The notes under the pieces are model-generated. The model was not told the origin of the DNA. It searched no databases and saw nothing but the letters and a program-made list of their open reading frames with translations. Positions 10,344-19,702 of a stretch of 64,000 nt of DNA are shown one piece after another. Position 1 is the stretch's first letter. Each line of letters starts with the position of its first letter. The stretch comes from Pseudomonadota bacterium (lineage in GTDB: Bacteria; Desulfobacterota; Desulfobacteria; Desulfobacterales; JBDRRP01). Made by a program: the position numbers and the translations under genes. The DNA is taken from contig JBDRRP010000009.1 in assembly GCA_043825735.1 (NCBI GenBank), positions 1 to 64,000 of the forward strand. Direction: 5' to 3'.

Positions 10344-11675
10344 ATGAACGAGAGTTCCGGTCATGTGTTTGCGCGCCGGCTGGACCGCCCCTTGCCGGTG
10401 GCTGCCCGGGCCGAGGGGGTGTGGATCGAAGAGGCGTCCGGCAAAAGGTACCTGGACGCCAGCGGCGGTGCCATCGTGGTCAACGTGGGCCACGGGCGCC
10501 GGGAAATCGCCGATGCGGTCTCAGAGCAGATCTCGGCCTGCTATTACGCGCACCCGACAATGTTTACGACACCGGTTGTGGAACGACTCGCCGATGTGCT
10601 CGCCGGCCATGCACCGGAGGGGATCTCGCGCTTTTATTTCGTCTCCAGCGGTTCCGAAGCCGTGGAAACGGCCATCAAACTGGCCCGGCAGATCCACCTG
10701 GAAGCGGGCCGCGCCCAGCGCTTCCGGTTGATTAGCCGGTGGAAGTCCTATCACGGCCTGACGATGGGGGCCCTTTCGGCCATGGGGCGCACGGTCTTTC
10801 GCACGCCATACGCCCCCATGCTCACCGATGTGACCCACATCCCGGCCCCCTACTGCCTGCGCTGCCCCTACGGGCAGTCGTACCCGCAGTGCGGCGTGCG
10901 GTGCGCGCTGGCGCTGGAAGAGGCCATTGAAAACCTCGGCGCCGAGACCGTATCGGCCTTTCTCGTCGAGACCGTTTCCGGAGGCACCCTGGCCGCTTAT
11001 CCGCCACCACCGGAATATTTAGGCATCATCGCCGACATCTGCCGACGCTACGGCGTGCTGCTGATTCTCGATGAAGTGCTGTGCGGCATGGGCCGCACCG
11101 GCCGCTGGTTTGCCTGCGAGCACTACGGCGTCACCCCGGACATCGTCACCCTGGGCAAGGGAATTGCCGGAGGTGCGATGGCCCTGTCGGCCGTGGGCGT
11201 TCAGGAAAGACATTTCGAGGCCATCCGCGGGGGCAGCGGAAACTTTGTCCACGGCGGCACGTTTTCCCATCATCCGGTGGCTGCTGCGGCCGGGCTCGCC
11301 GCAATCGGCATCTTAGAGCGCGAGCGCCTGGTTGAGCGGGTCGCTGAGTTCGGCCCGGTGCTGGGAAAGCGGCTGCGTACGGCTCTGAGCGGTCATCCCC
11401 ACGTGGCCGATGTCCGCGGCATCGGTTTCCTGTGGGGCGTTGAGCTGGTAGCCGACAAGGCATCCCTGAAACCGTTCCCACGGAAAGAAAAAGTGGCCGA
11501 ACGGCTCTACGAAGCCGTTTTCAATCGCGGGGTGATCGTCTATAAATCCACGGGGCTGGCCGGAACCGACGGCGACGCCTTCCTGGTGGCCCCGCCGTTT
11601 ATCATTTCCGAAACCGAGATGGATACGGCGATCATGGCCATCTGCCAGGGGCTGGAAGATGTGTTGGGATCATGA
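10344..11675 (+). CDS. Class III PLP-dependent aminotransferase
   Basis: 'YLDASGG', 'SGSEAVETAIKLARQ', 'SYHG', 'LILDEVLCGMGRTG' and 'PDIVTLGKG' (PLP Lys). Confidence 0.92.
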   Translation: MNESSGHVFARRLDRPLPVAARAEGVWIEEASGKRYLDASGGAIVVNVGHGRREIADAVSEQISACYYAHPTMFTTPVVERLADVLAGHAPEGISRFYFVSSGSEAVETAIKLARQIHLEAGRAQRFRLISRWKSYHGLTMGALSAMGRTVFRTPYAPMLTDVTHIPAPYCLRCPYGQSYPQCGVRCALALEEAIENLGAETVSAFLVETVSGGTLAAYPPPPEYLGIIADICRRYGVLLILDEVLCGMGRTGRWFACEHYGVTPDIVTLGKGIAGGAMALSAVGVQERHFEAIRGGSGNFVHGGTFSHHPVAAAAGLAAIGILERERLVERVAEFGPVLGKRLRTALSGHPHVADVRGIGFLWGVELVADKASLKPFPRKEKVAERLYEAVFNRGVIVYKSTGLAGTDGDAFLVAPPFIISETEMDTAIMAICQGLEDVLGS

Positions 11676-11679
11676 TATC

Positions 11680-11833
11680 GAGTATCCGCCCAGAAACGGC
11701 ATCTTTTGGCCCAGAGCGGCGTTTTTAAGCCCCTAAAAATCGCGGGGCTTTCTGAACCACACGGTTTAATCCTGACGCCCAGCGCGCAGCGCAGGGTGTC
11801 CAAGGACCATCTACCATTTCTGGACGGACACTA
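11680..11833. mobile_element. MITE family A copy (short derivative of 26459-26747)
   Basis: Shares 'aaacggcatcttttggcccagagc..gtttttaagccc' and 'ctaccatttctggacggacacta' with the 26459 copy. Confidence 0.75.
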
Positions 11834-11927
11834 ACTAGGGCGATCGCCCGGGGCGTTCTGGAAACCACCCCGGCAAATGCACCAACAGAACCAACCAAAA
11901 GCAACAGCGTCAACTTACGGAGGCACC

Positions 11928-12770
11928 ATGCCTGAACTGGCTTACGTCAACGGAAAAATGATGGAAATCGGCAGCGCGGTAGTGCCCATCGAAGATCGGG
12001 GCTACCAGTTCGGCGATGCGGTCTACGAATTCATCGCCAGCTACAACGGCCGACTGTGTTTCATGGAAGAACATCTCGACCGGCTCATGCGTTCCTTGCA
12101 GGGGCTCGCGTTTCCGCCTATGAACCGGGGCGAGATTCGAGCTGCCGTTCTGGCGCTCTTTGAAAAGGCTGAAATCCCGAGGGCCGGTCTCTACATGCAG
12201 ATTTCACGGGGCGTTTCCCAGCGCAACCACCCGTTTCCGGATGCTGCGCCGGTGCAATTCATCATGACCATCCGAGCGGTTGAAGAAAAGCCCAAATCAA
12301 TGCGGGAAAAAGGCGCGAGCGCCATCACTGTGGAAGACATCCGCTGGGGGCGCTGCGATTTGAAGACCGTGCAGCTGCTGCCCAACGTGCTGGCCAAACA
12401 AAAAGCCGTTGACGCCGGCGTGTTCGATGCCATTTTCGTAACCTCCGAAGGCATCGTTCGGGAGGCGACCAGCTCCAACCTGGCTGTGGTTAAAAATGGC
12501 GCCCTGATCACCCATCCGCTGACGCCGAATATCCTGCCCGGCATCACCCGCATGATAATTCTCGATATTTGCCAAAAACTCGGGATCCCGGTAGAGGAAC
12601 GGTTTTTCAACACCGACGCTCTGTACGGTGCCGACGAAGCATTTTTGACAGGTACGATCACCGAGGTGCTTCCCATCGTAACGGTGGACGGTAAAACCAT
12701 CGGCGACGGGTCGGTGGGACCGGTGACCCGGCGGCTTTACGCGGCATTGCGGCAGCGCGCCGGCGCCTGA
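11928..12770 (+). CDS. dat: D-amino acid aminotransferase (class IV PLP)
   Basis: 'EDRGYQFGDAVYE', 'RGVSQRNH', 'RWGRCDLKTVQLLPNVLAKQ' and 'ILPGITR'. Confidence 0.85.
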   Translation: MPELAYVNGKMMEIGSAVVPIEDRGYQFGDAVYEFIASYNGRLCFMEEHLDRLMRSLQGLAFPPMNRGEIRAAVLALFEKAEIPRAGLYMQISRGVSQRNHPFPDAAPVQFIMTIRAVEEKPKSMREKGASAITVEDIRWGRCDLKTVQLLPNVLAKQKAVDAGVFDAIFVTSEGIVREATSSNLAVVKNGALITHPLTPNILPGITRMIILDICQKLGIPVEERFFNTDALYGADEAFLTGTITEVLPIVTVDGKTIGDGSVGPVTRRLYAALRQRAGA

Positions 12771-12831
12771 TCGTGCGGTTGCAGCGCGTGCAGACCCGCC
12801 AAGCGCCCCCGCGCCATCGAAAGACGTCCCA

Positions 12832-14043
12832 ATGATCCAAGAAGATCCCTGCGCCGATGACCTACGATCCTTCGCGACGCTGCTCACCATCTGCTGCCTG
12901 GTCACCTTCGCCTGCTATTTCGCCGTTTCAATGCGCCTGCCGGTAGTGCCGCTCCATGCCAAAGGCTTTGGCGTCACCACCTCCCAAATCGGTGTGATCA
13001 ATGCGGTCTTCTACCTCATGGCCGGCCTGCTGGCCGTGCCTTCCGGGGCCATGTCCGATATCTTCGGCAGAAAACGCCTGGCCATCGGCGGCTCGGTGAT
13101 CCTGTGTATAGGCATGCTCCTGCTCTATGTCGGCCACTCATTTGTGCAGCTCGCCGGTATTTACCTGCTGCTGGGGGTGGGCATCGCCGCATTCGGCCCC
13201 ACCATGATGAGCTGGGTGGCCGAGATTTCACCGGTCACCCACCTGGGCCGTGCTTACGGCTGGTACACCACCGCCCTTTTCTGCGGGCTGGGACTGGGGC
13301 CGGCGGCCGGCGGCGCCATGGGCGCCTGGGTGGGATTTCCGGCGGTTTTTCTGGCCGGCGCAGCGCTGGTGGCCATCAACATCTGGCCGCTTCAGCAATT
13401 GCTTCCCAGGCGCTCGAAAGTCACTGTCAGCCGAAAGGAACGTCCACGCTGGAAAGACACGGCCCGGCAGGTGCTGGCCAACCGCCCGCTCATCGGCTGC
13501 TGGACGGCGGCCCTGGGCGCAAACATCATCGCCGGCGTGTTTTTCACCTTCCTGCCCCTGCTGGCCCATCACCGCGGGCTCTCTGTGGGTGAGATCGGCA
13601 TCGTATTTCTGGTACAGTCCGTCACCAACGCCCTGTCCCGCATTCCCTTCGGGGCGCTGAGCGACCGATTCGGCCGCAGCCACCACCAGGCCCTGGCCGG
13701 CATCGTGCTGGTGACGTTTGCCATCGCCGGGTTTGCGCCGGCCACGACGTTTATCCAATTTTTGCTGGCGGCATTTGGTCTGGGGGTGAGCCTGGCTGTG
13801 GCCTTCACTTCCATCGGTGCCCTCATCGCCGAAACCGCCGCCCCGGCCGTTCGGGGGCTGGCCATGGGCGGCTACAACAGCAGCATTTACTTCGGCCTCA
13901 TGGCCGGCTCCATGGGCATCGGCCCCCTCATCGAAGCCGCGGGCTTCGGCCAGGGATTCCTGTGGGCCGGGGCCATCAACATCCCCTTCGTGGCGGCCTA
14001 TGCCTGGTGCATGCGGGGAGGACAGACGACAGAAGGCAGATGA
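12832..14043 (+). CDS. MFS transporter (12 TM)
   Basis: Motif A 'GAMSDIFGRKR' and 'GALSDRFGR', with many hydrophobic helices. Confidence 0.9.
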   Translation: MIQEDPCADDLRSFATLLTICCLVTFACYFAVSMRLPVVPLHAKGFGVTTSQIGVINAVFYLMAGLLAVPSGAMSDIFGRKRLAIGGSVILCIGMLLLYVGHSFVQLAGIYLLLGVGIAAFGPTMMSWVAEISPVTHLGRAYGWYTTALFCGLGLGPAAGGAMGAWVGFPAVFLAGAALVAINIWPLQQLLPRRSKVTVSRKERPRWKDTARQVLANRPLIGCWTAALGANIIAGVFFTFLPLLAHHRGLSVGEIGIVFLVQSVTNALSRIPFGALSDRFGRSHHQALAGIVLVTFAIAGFAPATTFIQFLLAAFGLGVSLAVAFTSIGALIAETAAPAVRGLAMGGYNSSIYFGLMAGSMGIGPLIEAAGFGQGFLWAGAINIPFVAAYAWCMRGGQTTEGR

Positions 14044-14400
14044 CCCGCCTTCCGCCGTCGCTATAAATAGCTATGGCGGACAGGTCGCTAACAACCCAGG
14101 CTACGGCGGGCAAGCAGACGGCAGAAAGGGCGAGGATTGAGGGCTTCTAAAAGAACAACAGCAGAACACCATTCTCGCGCAGAGACGCTGAGGCGCAGAG
14201 AAAACCGTAGAATTTGCCCTGCGGGCAGCGTTTGCCGCCTTTCGCGACTGCCTTCCGGCCGAAGGCCGCCATCTGTGTAATCCGCGTTCACTTGTCCGCC
14301 GACTTGTCCGCCGTAGCCTTGGCAGAGGTGGAAGCCTTGGCGAAGGAGGATCAGCGTCCCATTCCGCTTTTCGCTGCAACCTTCCAAAACCCTTTCGGCG
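14044..14400. repeat. Composite intergenic repeat block (GCTACGGCGG / CCGTAGCCTTGGCGAAGG, CGCAGAG arrays, CGGCCGAAGGCCG)
   Basis: The same modules recur at 15331-15710, 31300-31580, 46855-46940 and 48460-48610. Confidence 0.65.
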
Positions 14401-14401
14401 C

Positions 14402-14962
14402 TCACTCTCTGGGCACGCAGACCAGCACGTCGCGACCGTCTTTGCTGAACTGGCAGTTTTCAGTCAATATTTCCCTGAGTTGCCGGCGGGCCCGGTGAAG
14501 CCTTACTTTCACGTTGGCAAGGCTGATATCCAGAATGTCGGCGATCTCCTTGAGGGAAAACCCGAGGACGTCAAAGAGCCATAGCACGCTCCGATGCGTT
14601 TCCGTCAGTTTTTCCATCTGGTGCTGCACGCAGGCGTTCATCTGGTGGCGCTCTAACTGGGTATCGACGCCTGGCTGGGCGTCTGACGGGATATCGCCTT
14701 CATCTTCCAGTGGATCCGTGGCCTGCCGCGCTGAGGTGCGAAAATGGTCCCGGCACAGGTTGTGGGCGACTTGAAACAGCCAGGAGGTGAGTTTGTCCGG
14801 GTCTTTGAGGCCATCGATATGCCGCATGGCCCGGACAAAGGTCTCCTGGGTAATGTCGTCGGCCAGCCACGCGTCCTTGACCATCACCGTCACGAATCGG
14901 TGGACCCGTGCGTGGTGACGGTCAAAGACTGCATACTGGTCTGTTGGTATTGGGCTCGTCAT
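14402..14962 (-). CDS. ECF RNA polymerase sigma factor
   Basis: Region 2 'ADDITQETFVRA...SWLFQVAHNLCRDHFR' and region 4 'GFSLKEIADILDISLANVKVRLHRARRQL'. Confidence 0.92.
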   Translation of the reverse strand: MTSPIPTDQYAVFDRHHARVHRFVTVMVKDAWLADDITQETFVRAMRHIDGLKDPDKLTSWLFQVAHNLCRDHFRTSARQATDPLEDEGDIPSDAQPGVDTQLERHQMNACVQHQMEKLTETHRSVLWLFDVLGFSLKEIADILDISLANVKVRLHRARRQLREILTENCQFSKDGRDVLVCVPRE

Positions 14963-14963
14963 G

Positions 14964-15221
14964 TCAGCAGTTGCACCCGGTGGCTCCGTCGCCGCAGCCT
15001 GCCGCCGTTTCAGGCGCTTCTCCCGCAAGCTCCGCCACGGCGCTTTTCATGAACATGGCGGCGCCGTTCTTGACTTTGTGGGCGACGGCCGCTACCGCCT
15101 GAATGTCGTCATCGGCCATGCCGATTTCTCTGCTTTTAGCATACAGGTGGTCAAAGCAGGGGATGCAGTTGGCGCCGATGGCGGTTCCCAGCGCTACCAT
15201 GAGTTCGGCTTTCCGGTCCAT
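14964..15221 (-). CDS. Carboxymuconolactone decarboxylase/AhpD-like small protein
   Basis: 'ELMVALGTAIGANCIPCF' CxxC motif and a Cys-rich tail. GAAAGGAA RBS; directly upstream of the sigma gene. Confidence 0.8.
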   Translation of the reverse strand: MDRKAELMVALGTAIGANCIPCFDHLYAKSREIGMADDDIQAVAAVAHKVKNGAAMFMKSAVAELAGEAPETAAGCGDGATGCNC

Positions 15222-15302
15222 TTGTTTTTCCTTTCGATGTGTGGTCAGTGGTTGTCATGGACCGGCCGCCTTGAAACGCTGCCTGTCCGATTTCTGGGAG
15301 CA

Positions 15303-15330
15303 AGACGTTCAGAGGCGGCAAAAGGTTACA
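15303..15330 (-). promoter_or_regulatory. Putative ECF-type autoregulatory promoter (TGTAAC-N17-CGTC)
   Basis: Minus strand reads TGTAACCTTTTGCCGCCTCTGAACGTCT, about 80 nt upstream of the CMD-ECF operon. Fits the AAC/CGT ECF consensus. Confidence 0.65.
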
Positions 15331-15710
15331 TCAGGCTTCGCTCTGCGAGCGATGCCCTGACAAGGAGGCGCAAAGCCGCAGGGAAAACCGAGGAATGTGC
15401 CCTGCGGGCAGCATTTGGCTGTAGGCTCTTGGCTAAACCGCTCACCAGCTGCGTTGCCGACCGCCCACATTCTGTTGATCCTGTAAATCCTGTCAAATAC
15501 CTTGCTTTGGATGCACGCTTTCCGGCCGAAGGCCGCCCTTTATCCGCGGAATCCGTGTAATCCGTGCCAATATGGCCCCTGCTGTTGCCTTTCGGCCGCA
15601 GGCCGTATCAATCGTCAGCGGTCGTCCGCGTCCGCTTGTCCGCCGTAGCCTTGGCGAAGGCGGCAGGCCGCCAATTCGCAATCCCTCAATTCCTAAATCC
15701 CAGAATTCGG
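15331..15710. repeat. Composite intergenic repeat block
   Basis: 'tcaggcttcgctctgcgagcgatgccctgacaagg' is near-identical to 31366-31400. Also 9-mer AATCC arrays, CCGTAGCCTTGGCGAAGG and an AATCCCTC octamer. Confidence 0.65.
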
Positions 15711-15716
15711 GTTTTT

Positions 15717-18062
15717 CTACACTGCCAACAGACTCAGCCCCTGGGGCATGGATTCGGCTTCGAGATTCACCGCCACCCGCATGGCCTTGAGCCCGTGGAC
15801 ACCGGGCAGATCCTCCAGGTTCAGGGCTTCGATGTTGTCATCGAGATACCCCCGGCTTTGGAGATATTCCACGTGCTGGCGGATCTCGCGGCCCTCCTTG
15901 GGGGATGAATAGACCACGGCGATCCTGCCGGGCTGGGTCAGGCGCTCTCCACCGTTGACCACCGCCTTGTCCAGGCGGCTCTTGACGATCTCGTGGCGCA
16001 CGTCGTAGGCGCCGTCCACGTCAAAGCGTTTTTCGTCGTAACGGAATCGGATGGACAGCGGCGATCGGTTCACCAGGATGAGATGGCAAGTGTCCAGGGG
16101 GATCTTCAACTCCGGTTGCACCTGCCGGGTGTGCCAGGCCAGTCCACAGGTGACCATGAGCTGCCACAGGGCCAGGTTTTTCAGGTAAAAGGGGCTCAAT
16201 TTGCCGTCCGGGTGCATGCTGGCCCCCAGATAGATCACGTAGTCGAGGCCGTCGGTCTGGTGCTTTTCGAAGTAGTGGGGGAAAATGGCCTGGGCGAGGG
16301 CCTGCTCCTGATCCAGGTAGGCCGACAACCGCTCGTTGAGGGTGGCGACGCTGTCCTCAAAGGCCCGTCGGCGGCGATAGACGACGCCCAGTACCGGGTC
16401 CACCGCCTGGGTGTAGGTGTCAATGGCCCGGCGCACCTTGGGCCCGAAGTCCCGGAGTTCGTCGAAGACCGCCGCCACCTCATTTTGAAGGAATGCGGCC
16501 GTGGCGCTTTCCTCCTCAGTGGACAATCCGGTCTGGATTTTTGACGACTGCCGGTTGATGCGGTAGGCGAGTTCCTGAAGCAGCGGCCACGGTCTCACCT
16601 TTCCCGCAGCGGTCATGACGTTTCCGGCCAGGGAAAGTTGCTCGGTAAGATCGGCCTGGATGCTTTGCACCCGCACGTCCGAGGAGCCGCGGATGTCCGA
16701 CTGAGCGAACAGGGGGATGACTTCCCTGAAGATGATGGGTTCCATCTCGGAGTGCTCCCCCCGGCGGATCCGCTCCATATGATCCAGGGCGGCCCGGCGA
16801 AAGCGCCATTCCACCGACGGGTGCACCGCCGTGCATTTTTCCTTGATGACTGCCTGGACCTCGTTGTTCATGTCGTCCAGACCCCGTTTGAGGGCCATTG
16901 AAAACAGCGGGGCGAGATGGCGCAGTTTTTCCGCGTCCACGGCACCCAGGTCGCCGGTGCGATCGGTGCGTACGTGAAACGTCCCGATGGTTTCACCGCC
17001 AAAGCGCAGCGGGGCGATGAGCATCGAGCGGGCCCCGTTGTTGACGGCGTCCTGCTCGGCCGGGCACAGACCGGGCTCCTCGCTCAGGTCGGCGATGCGC
17101 AGGATTTTTTCCTGGTCCACCGCCTGGAGCCAGACTGAGTTTTCCAAATCCGCCATGGGGATGTGGTTGGAATTGCGGAAGAGACAGTTGGCCGTGGAGC
17201 GGTGCCCGTCATTGAGCACCAGCACCTGCTCGCCCTGAACGGCTGCCAGCCCAGCCTTGAGGCTCGGCTTGCCGAACAGGGTCCTTAGCCGTTCTTGGAG
17301 GCGGCTGAACCCTTCGGCGGAAAAAATGGATTTTTGGTCGATGAGATCGCGCTCCACCGCCGAGGTGATCTCGGAGGCGGTGACATCCACCGCCCGAACG
17401 ACGGTGAACCCCCTGAAAACAAAGTTTTCAGGGGGTAGGACCGTGGTCAGCACGGTCGGGTCTGTAACGTGCTCGATGACGAGGCGGCGTTCCTCGTCGG
17501 AAAGTTCGATGGGCGTGCCCACGGTGCCCACCCTGATGAACTGGAAATCGGGGGTGACCTGAAAGTAGCGCTCCAGGCCGGTATCCGGGTCGGAGACCAC
17601 GCGAATGAAAGGGGCCTCCGCCCCCTGGTCGATGTCGTACAGTCTTTGGAGAATCAAGGAATAGGCCTTGACCCGCCGCAGGGTGTCGAGCGCGTCGAAA
17701 TCATCTTTGCGCCGGCCGGCGATCAGACCGTTGGCATCGACGAGGTGGCGCCGGTAGCCGGGAGTGCAGTAGAGCACCTGGTGGGTGAACGGCTTAAAGG
17801 CGGCGGCGATTTCGGTGTCCCAGGTGGCGGAGGGAAAGGCCACGGTCATGAGCGGGCTCAGGATGTCGGAACGGGCTGCAGCGGTTTCGGCATCGGCAAT
17901 GTCGCCCCGAAGCGCCGGGGTTTCCTGGACCCGGTTTTCAAAAACCCGGAACATTTCTGCCTGGTGGATGCACTTTGGCGCTACCTTTTCCCGCCAGAAA
18001 TCCAGCAGGGGGTCCAGGCTGAGAACGGTCTGAAAATCATCGGTGATCAGGGGGTCGGACAT
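15717..18062 (-). CDS. Large GAF-domain protein (about 780 aa)
   Basis: Central GAF-like segment ('GARSMLIAPLRFGGETIGTF') and a conserved-looking C-terminal region 'PHYFEKHQTDG...IRFRYDEKRFDVDGAYDVRHEIVKSRLDKA'. Confidence 0.7.
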   Translation of the reverse strand: MSDPLITDDFQTVLSLDPLLDFWREKVAPKCIHQAEMFRVFENRVQETPALRGDIADAETAAARSDILSPLMTVAFPSATWDTEIAAAFKPFTHQVLYCTPGYRRHLVDANGLIAGRRKDDFDALDTLRRVKAYSLILQRLYDIDQGAEAPFIRVVSDPDTGLERYFQVTPDFQFIRVGTVGTPIELSDEERRLVIEHVTDPTVLTTVLPPENFVFRGFTVVRAVDVTASEITSAVERDLIDQKSIFSAEGFSRLQERLRTLFGKPSLKAGLAAVQGEQVLVLNDGHRSTANCLFRNSNHIPMADLENSVWLQAVDQEKILRIADLSEEPGLCPAEQDAVNNGARSMLIAPLRFGGETIGTFHVRTDRTGDLGAVDAEKLRHLAPLFSMALKRGLDDMNNEVQAVIKEKCTAVHPSVEWRFRRAALDHMERIRRGEHSEMEPIIFREVIPLFAQSDIRGSSDVRVQSIQADLTEQLSLAGNVMTAAGKVRPWPLLQELAYRINRQSSKIQTGLSTEEESATAAFLQNEVAAVFDELRDFGPKVRRAIDTYTQAVDPVLGVVYRRRRAFEDSVATLNERLSAYLDQEQALAQAIFPHYFEKHQTDGLDYVIYLGASMHPDGKLSPFYLKNLALWQLMVTCGLAWHTRQVQPELKIPLDTCHLILVNRSPLSIRFRYDEKRFDVDGAYDVRHEIVKSRLDKAVVNGGERLTQPGRIAVVYSSPKEGREIRQHVEYLQSRGYLDDNIEALNLEDLPGVHGLKAMRVAVNLEAESMPQGLSLLAV

Positions 18063-18220
18063 GGCAAGGCTCCGTTACGGGGTGAATCGGTGCGGTCTCG
18101 TTTCCGGGCGGTTTCTTCAAGCATGGTCGGCGCAGGACCGTCTCGATGCCTTACTGTAACCACGGATTGCCAATTGCCAAGCAGCCGTTGCGACCCTCTC
18201 CGTTGGGTGGGCGCCGGGTT

Positions 18221-19702
18221 TCAGGGTTTCGCCCCAACCCCGGAGTCGAGGTTTGCCGCGTGCACGCCCTTGCCGGCGGCCCAGACGCTCACCGCCGCCG
18301 CCAGGCAGAGGGCGGCGCCCATGAGGTAGACCCGCCCAAACCCGTCGGCCACCGAAGCGGGAGCATGCTGAGTGAGTTGCCGCAACCCGTTCAGGCCATG
18401 ACTACCGAGGGTGTTGCTGCCGAAGATGACCGTGGCCAGAACCACGCCCAGCGGCAGGCCGAGGTTGCCGCTGGTTTGAAAGACGCTGGTAGCGGACCCC
18501 CGGCGGTTATCCGGAACGTTCATTAGAACCAGTTTGTTGTTTGGCGGCAGGTAAAACCCGAAAGACAGCCCCATCCACAGCAGATAAACAACGGGCGGCC
18601 AAGTGGCATCGAGCGACAGCGTAGCGGTGAAAAACACGTTGGCGCCGGTGCCGCTGACCATGGCGGCGGTGGCCAGCCGCGATGGCGCCATCCGATCGGC
18701 GAGACGACCGGACAGGGGCGCGGCAACCAGGATGGCCGCTGGAAACAGGGCAACCATCAGGCCGGACTGCTGGGCATTCATCCGTCGCAAGAGTTCAAGA
18801 TAAAAAGGGATCATGAACCCGTGGGCGGCGAGTTGCAAAAAGACAATGAATTTGGACAACAGCCCCAGGGCGAACACCCGGTTTTGAAACAGTGACAGGT
18901 CAAGGATCGGGTTCGGGTGCCGCGCTTCCCACCCTAGAAAACCGGCCAGCAATGCGAGTGATGTCGTCAGCAGGGCGATCGTCGACAGCTGCGCTCCGCC
19001 CAGCCGGTGCCATAGGGCCAGCGTAAAGATGAGCAGTCCTAAGCCGCCAAAGCTCATGGTTGCGCCCAAGACGTCAAAACGCAGGTCGCTGGCTGCCCGC
19101 GACGGCTGTGGATCTGCCGGAAGCACACGGTTGGCCATCCAGAGTGCCAGAATGCCGATGGGCAGGTTCACCCAGAACACCCAGTGCCATGACAAAAAGC
19201 CCGAAAGCAGGCCCCCCAGCGGGGCGCCCAGAAGGGTCCCCATCGCGGCGGCCGTGGCCAGCGTGCCCATGGCCGAACCTACCTTGTCTCTGGAAAGACT
19301 TCGGGTGACGGTGGCATAAGACATGGACAGCAGCATGGCGCCGCCAAGGCCCTGGACGAAGCGGGCGCCGATGAGCCACGGCGCCGAAGGGGCCAGACCG
19401 CAGGCCAGTGAGCTGGCGGTAAACAGCGCATACCCCCCCAGCAGCATTCTTTTCAACCCTAGATGGTCGCCCAGAGTGCCGGCAATCATCGTGAATCCGG
19501 CCAGCGCCAGCGTGTAGGCCAGGATCACCATTGAGGCCGTTGCAATGGGTGCATGGAAATCGTGGACGATGGTTGGCAGTGAGATGTTGACGATGTATCC
19601 GTCCAGCCGTCCCATGAAAGACGCCATGGCCACGGTGAAAACGATGGCCCGCGTTCGATTGATGCGGTTTTCGGCGGCAACCGGGCTGTGCCCTTGAGTC
19701 AT
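18221..19702 (-). CDS. MFS efflux transporter, DHA2/EmrB-QacA family (14 TM)
   Basis: 'LDGYIVNISLPTI', 'ARFVQGLGGA', 'GAPLGGLL...WHWVFWVNLPIG' and 'PILDLSLF'. Confidence 0.92.
   Translation of the reverse strand: MTQGHSPVAAENRINRTRAIVFTVAMASFMGRLDGYIVNISLPTIVHDFHAPIATASMVILAYTLALAGFTMIAGTLGDHLGLKRMLLGGYALFTASSLACGLAPSAPWLIGARFVQGLGGAMLLSMSYATVTRSLSRDKVGSAMGTLATAAAMGTLLGAPLGGLLSGFLSWHWVFWVNLPIGILALWMANRVLPADPQPSRAASDLRFDVLGATMSFGGLGLLIFTLALWHRLGGAQLSTIALLTTSLALLAGFLGWEARHPNPILDLSLFQNRVFALGLLSKFIVFLQLAAHGFMIPFYLELLRRMNAQQSGLMVALFPAAILVAAPLSGRLADRMAPSRLATAAMVSGTGANVFFTATLSLDATWPPVVYLLWMGLSFGFYLPPNNKLVLMNVPDNRRGSATSVFQTSGNLGLPLGVVLATVIFGSNTLGSHGLNGLRQLTQHAPASVADGFGRVYLMGAALCLAAAVSVWAAGKGVHAANLDSGVGAKP

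Noticed and set aside
14964..14969. Selenocysteine readthrough at the 'C-TGA' end of the CMD-like protein
   Set aside because: The TGA is followed at once by the ECF start codon, and I could not identify a SECIS hairpin. A normal stop is simpler.
14044..15710. CRISPR array suggested by recurring short repeats
   Set aside because: No constant-length repeats with regularly sized unique spacers, and no cas genes in the window.
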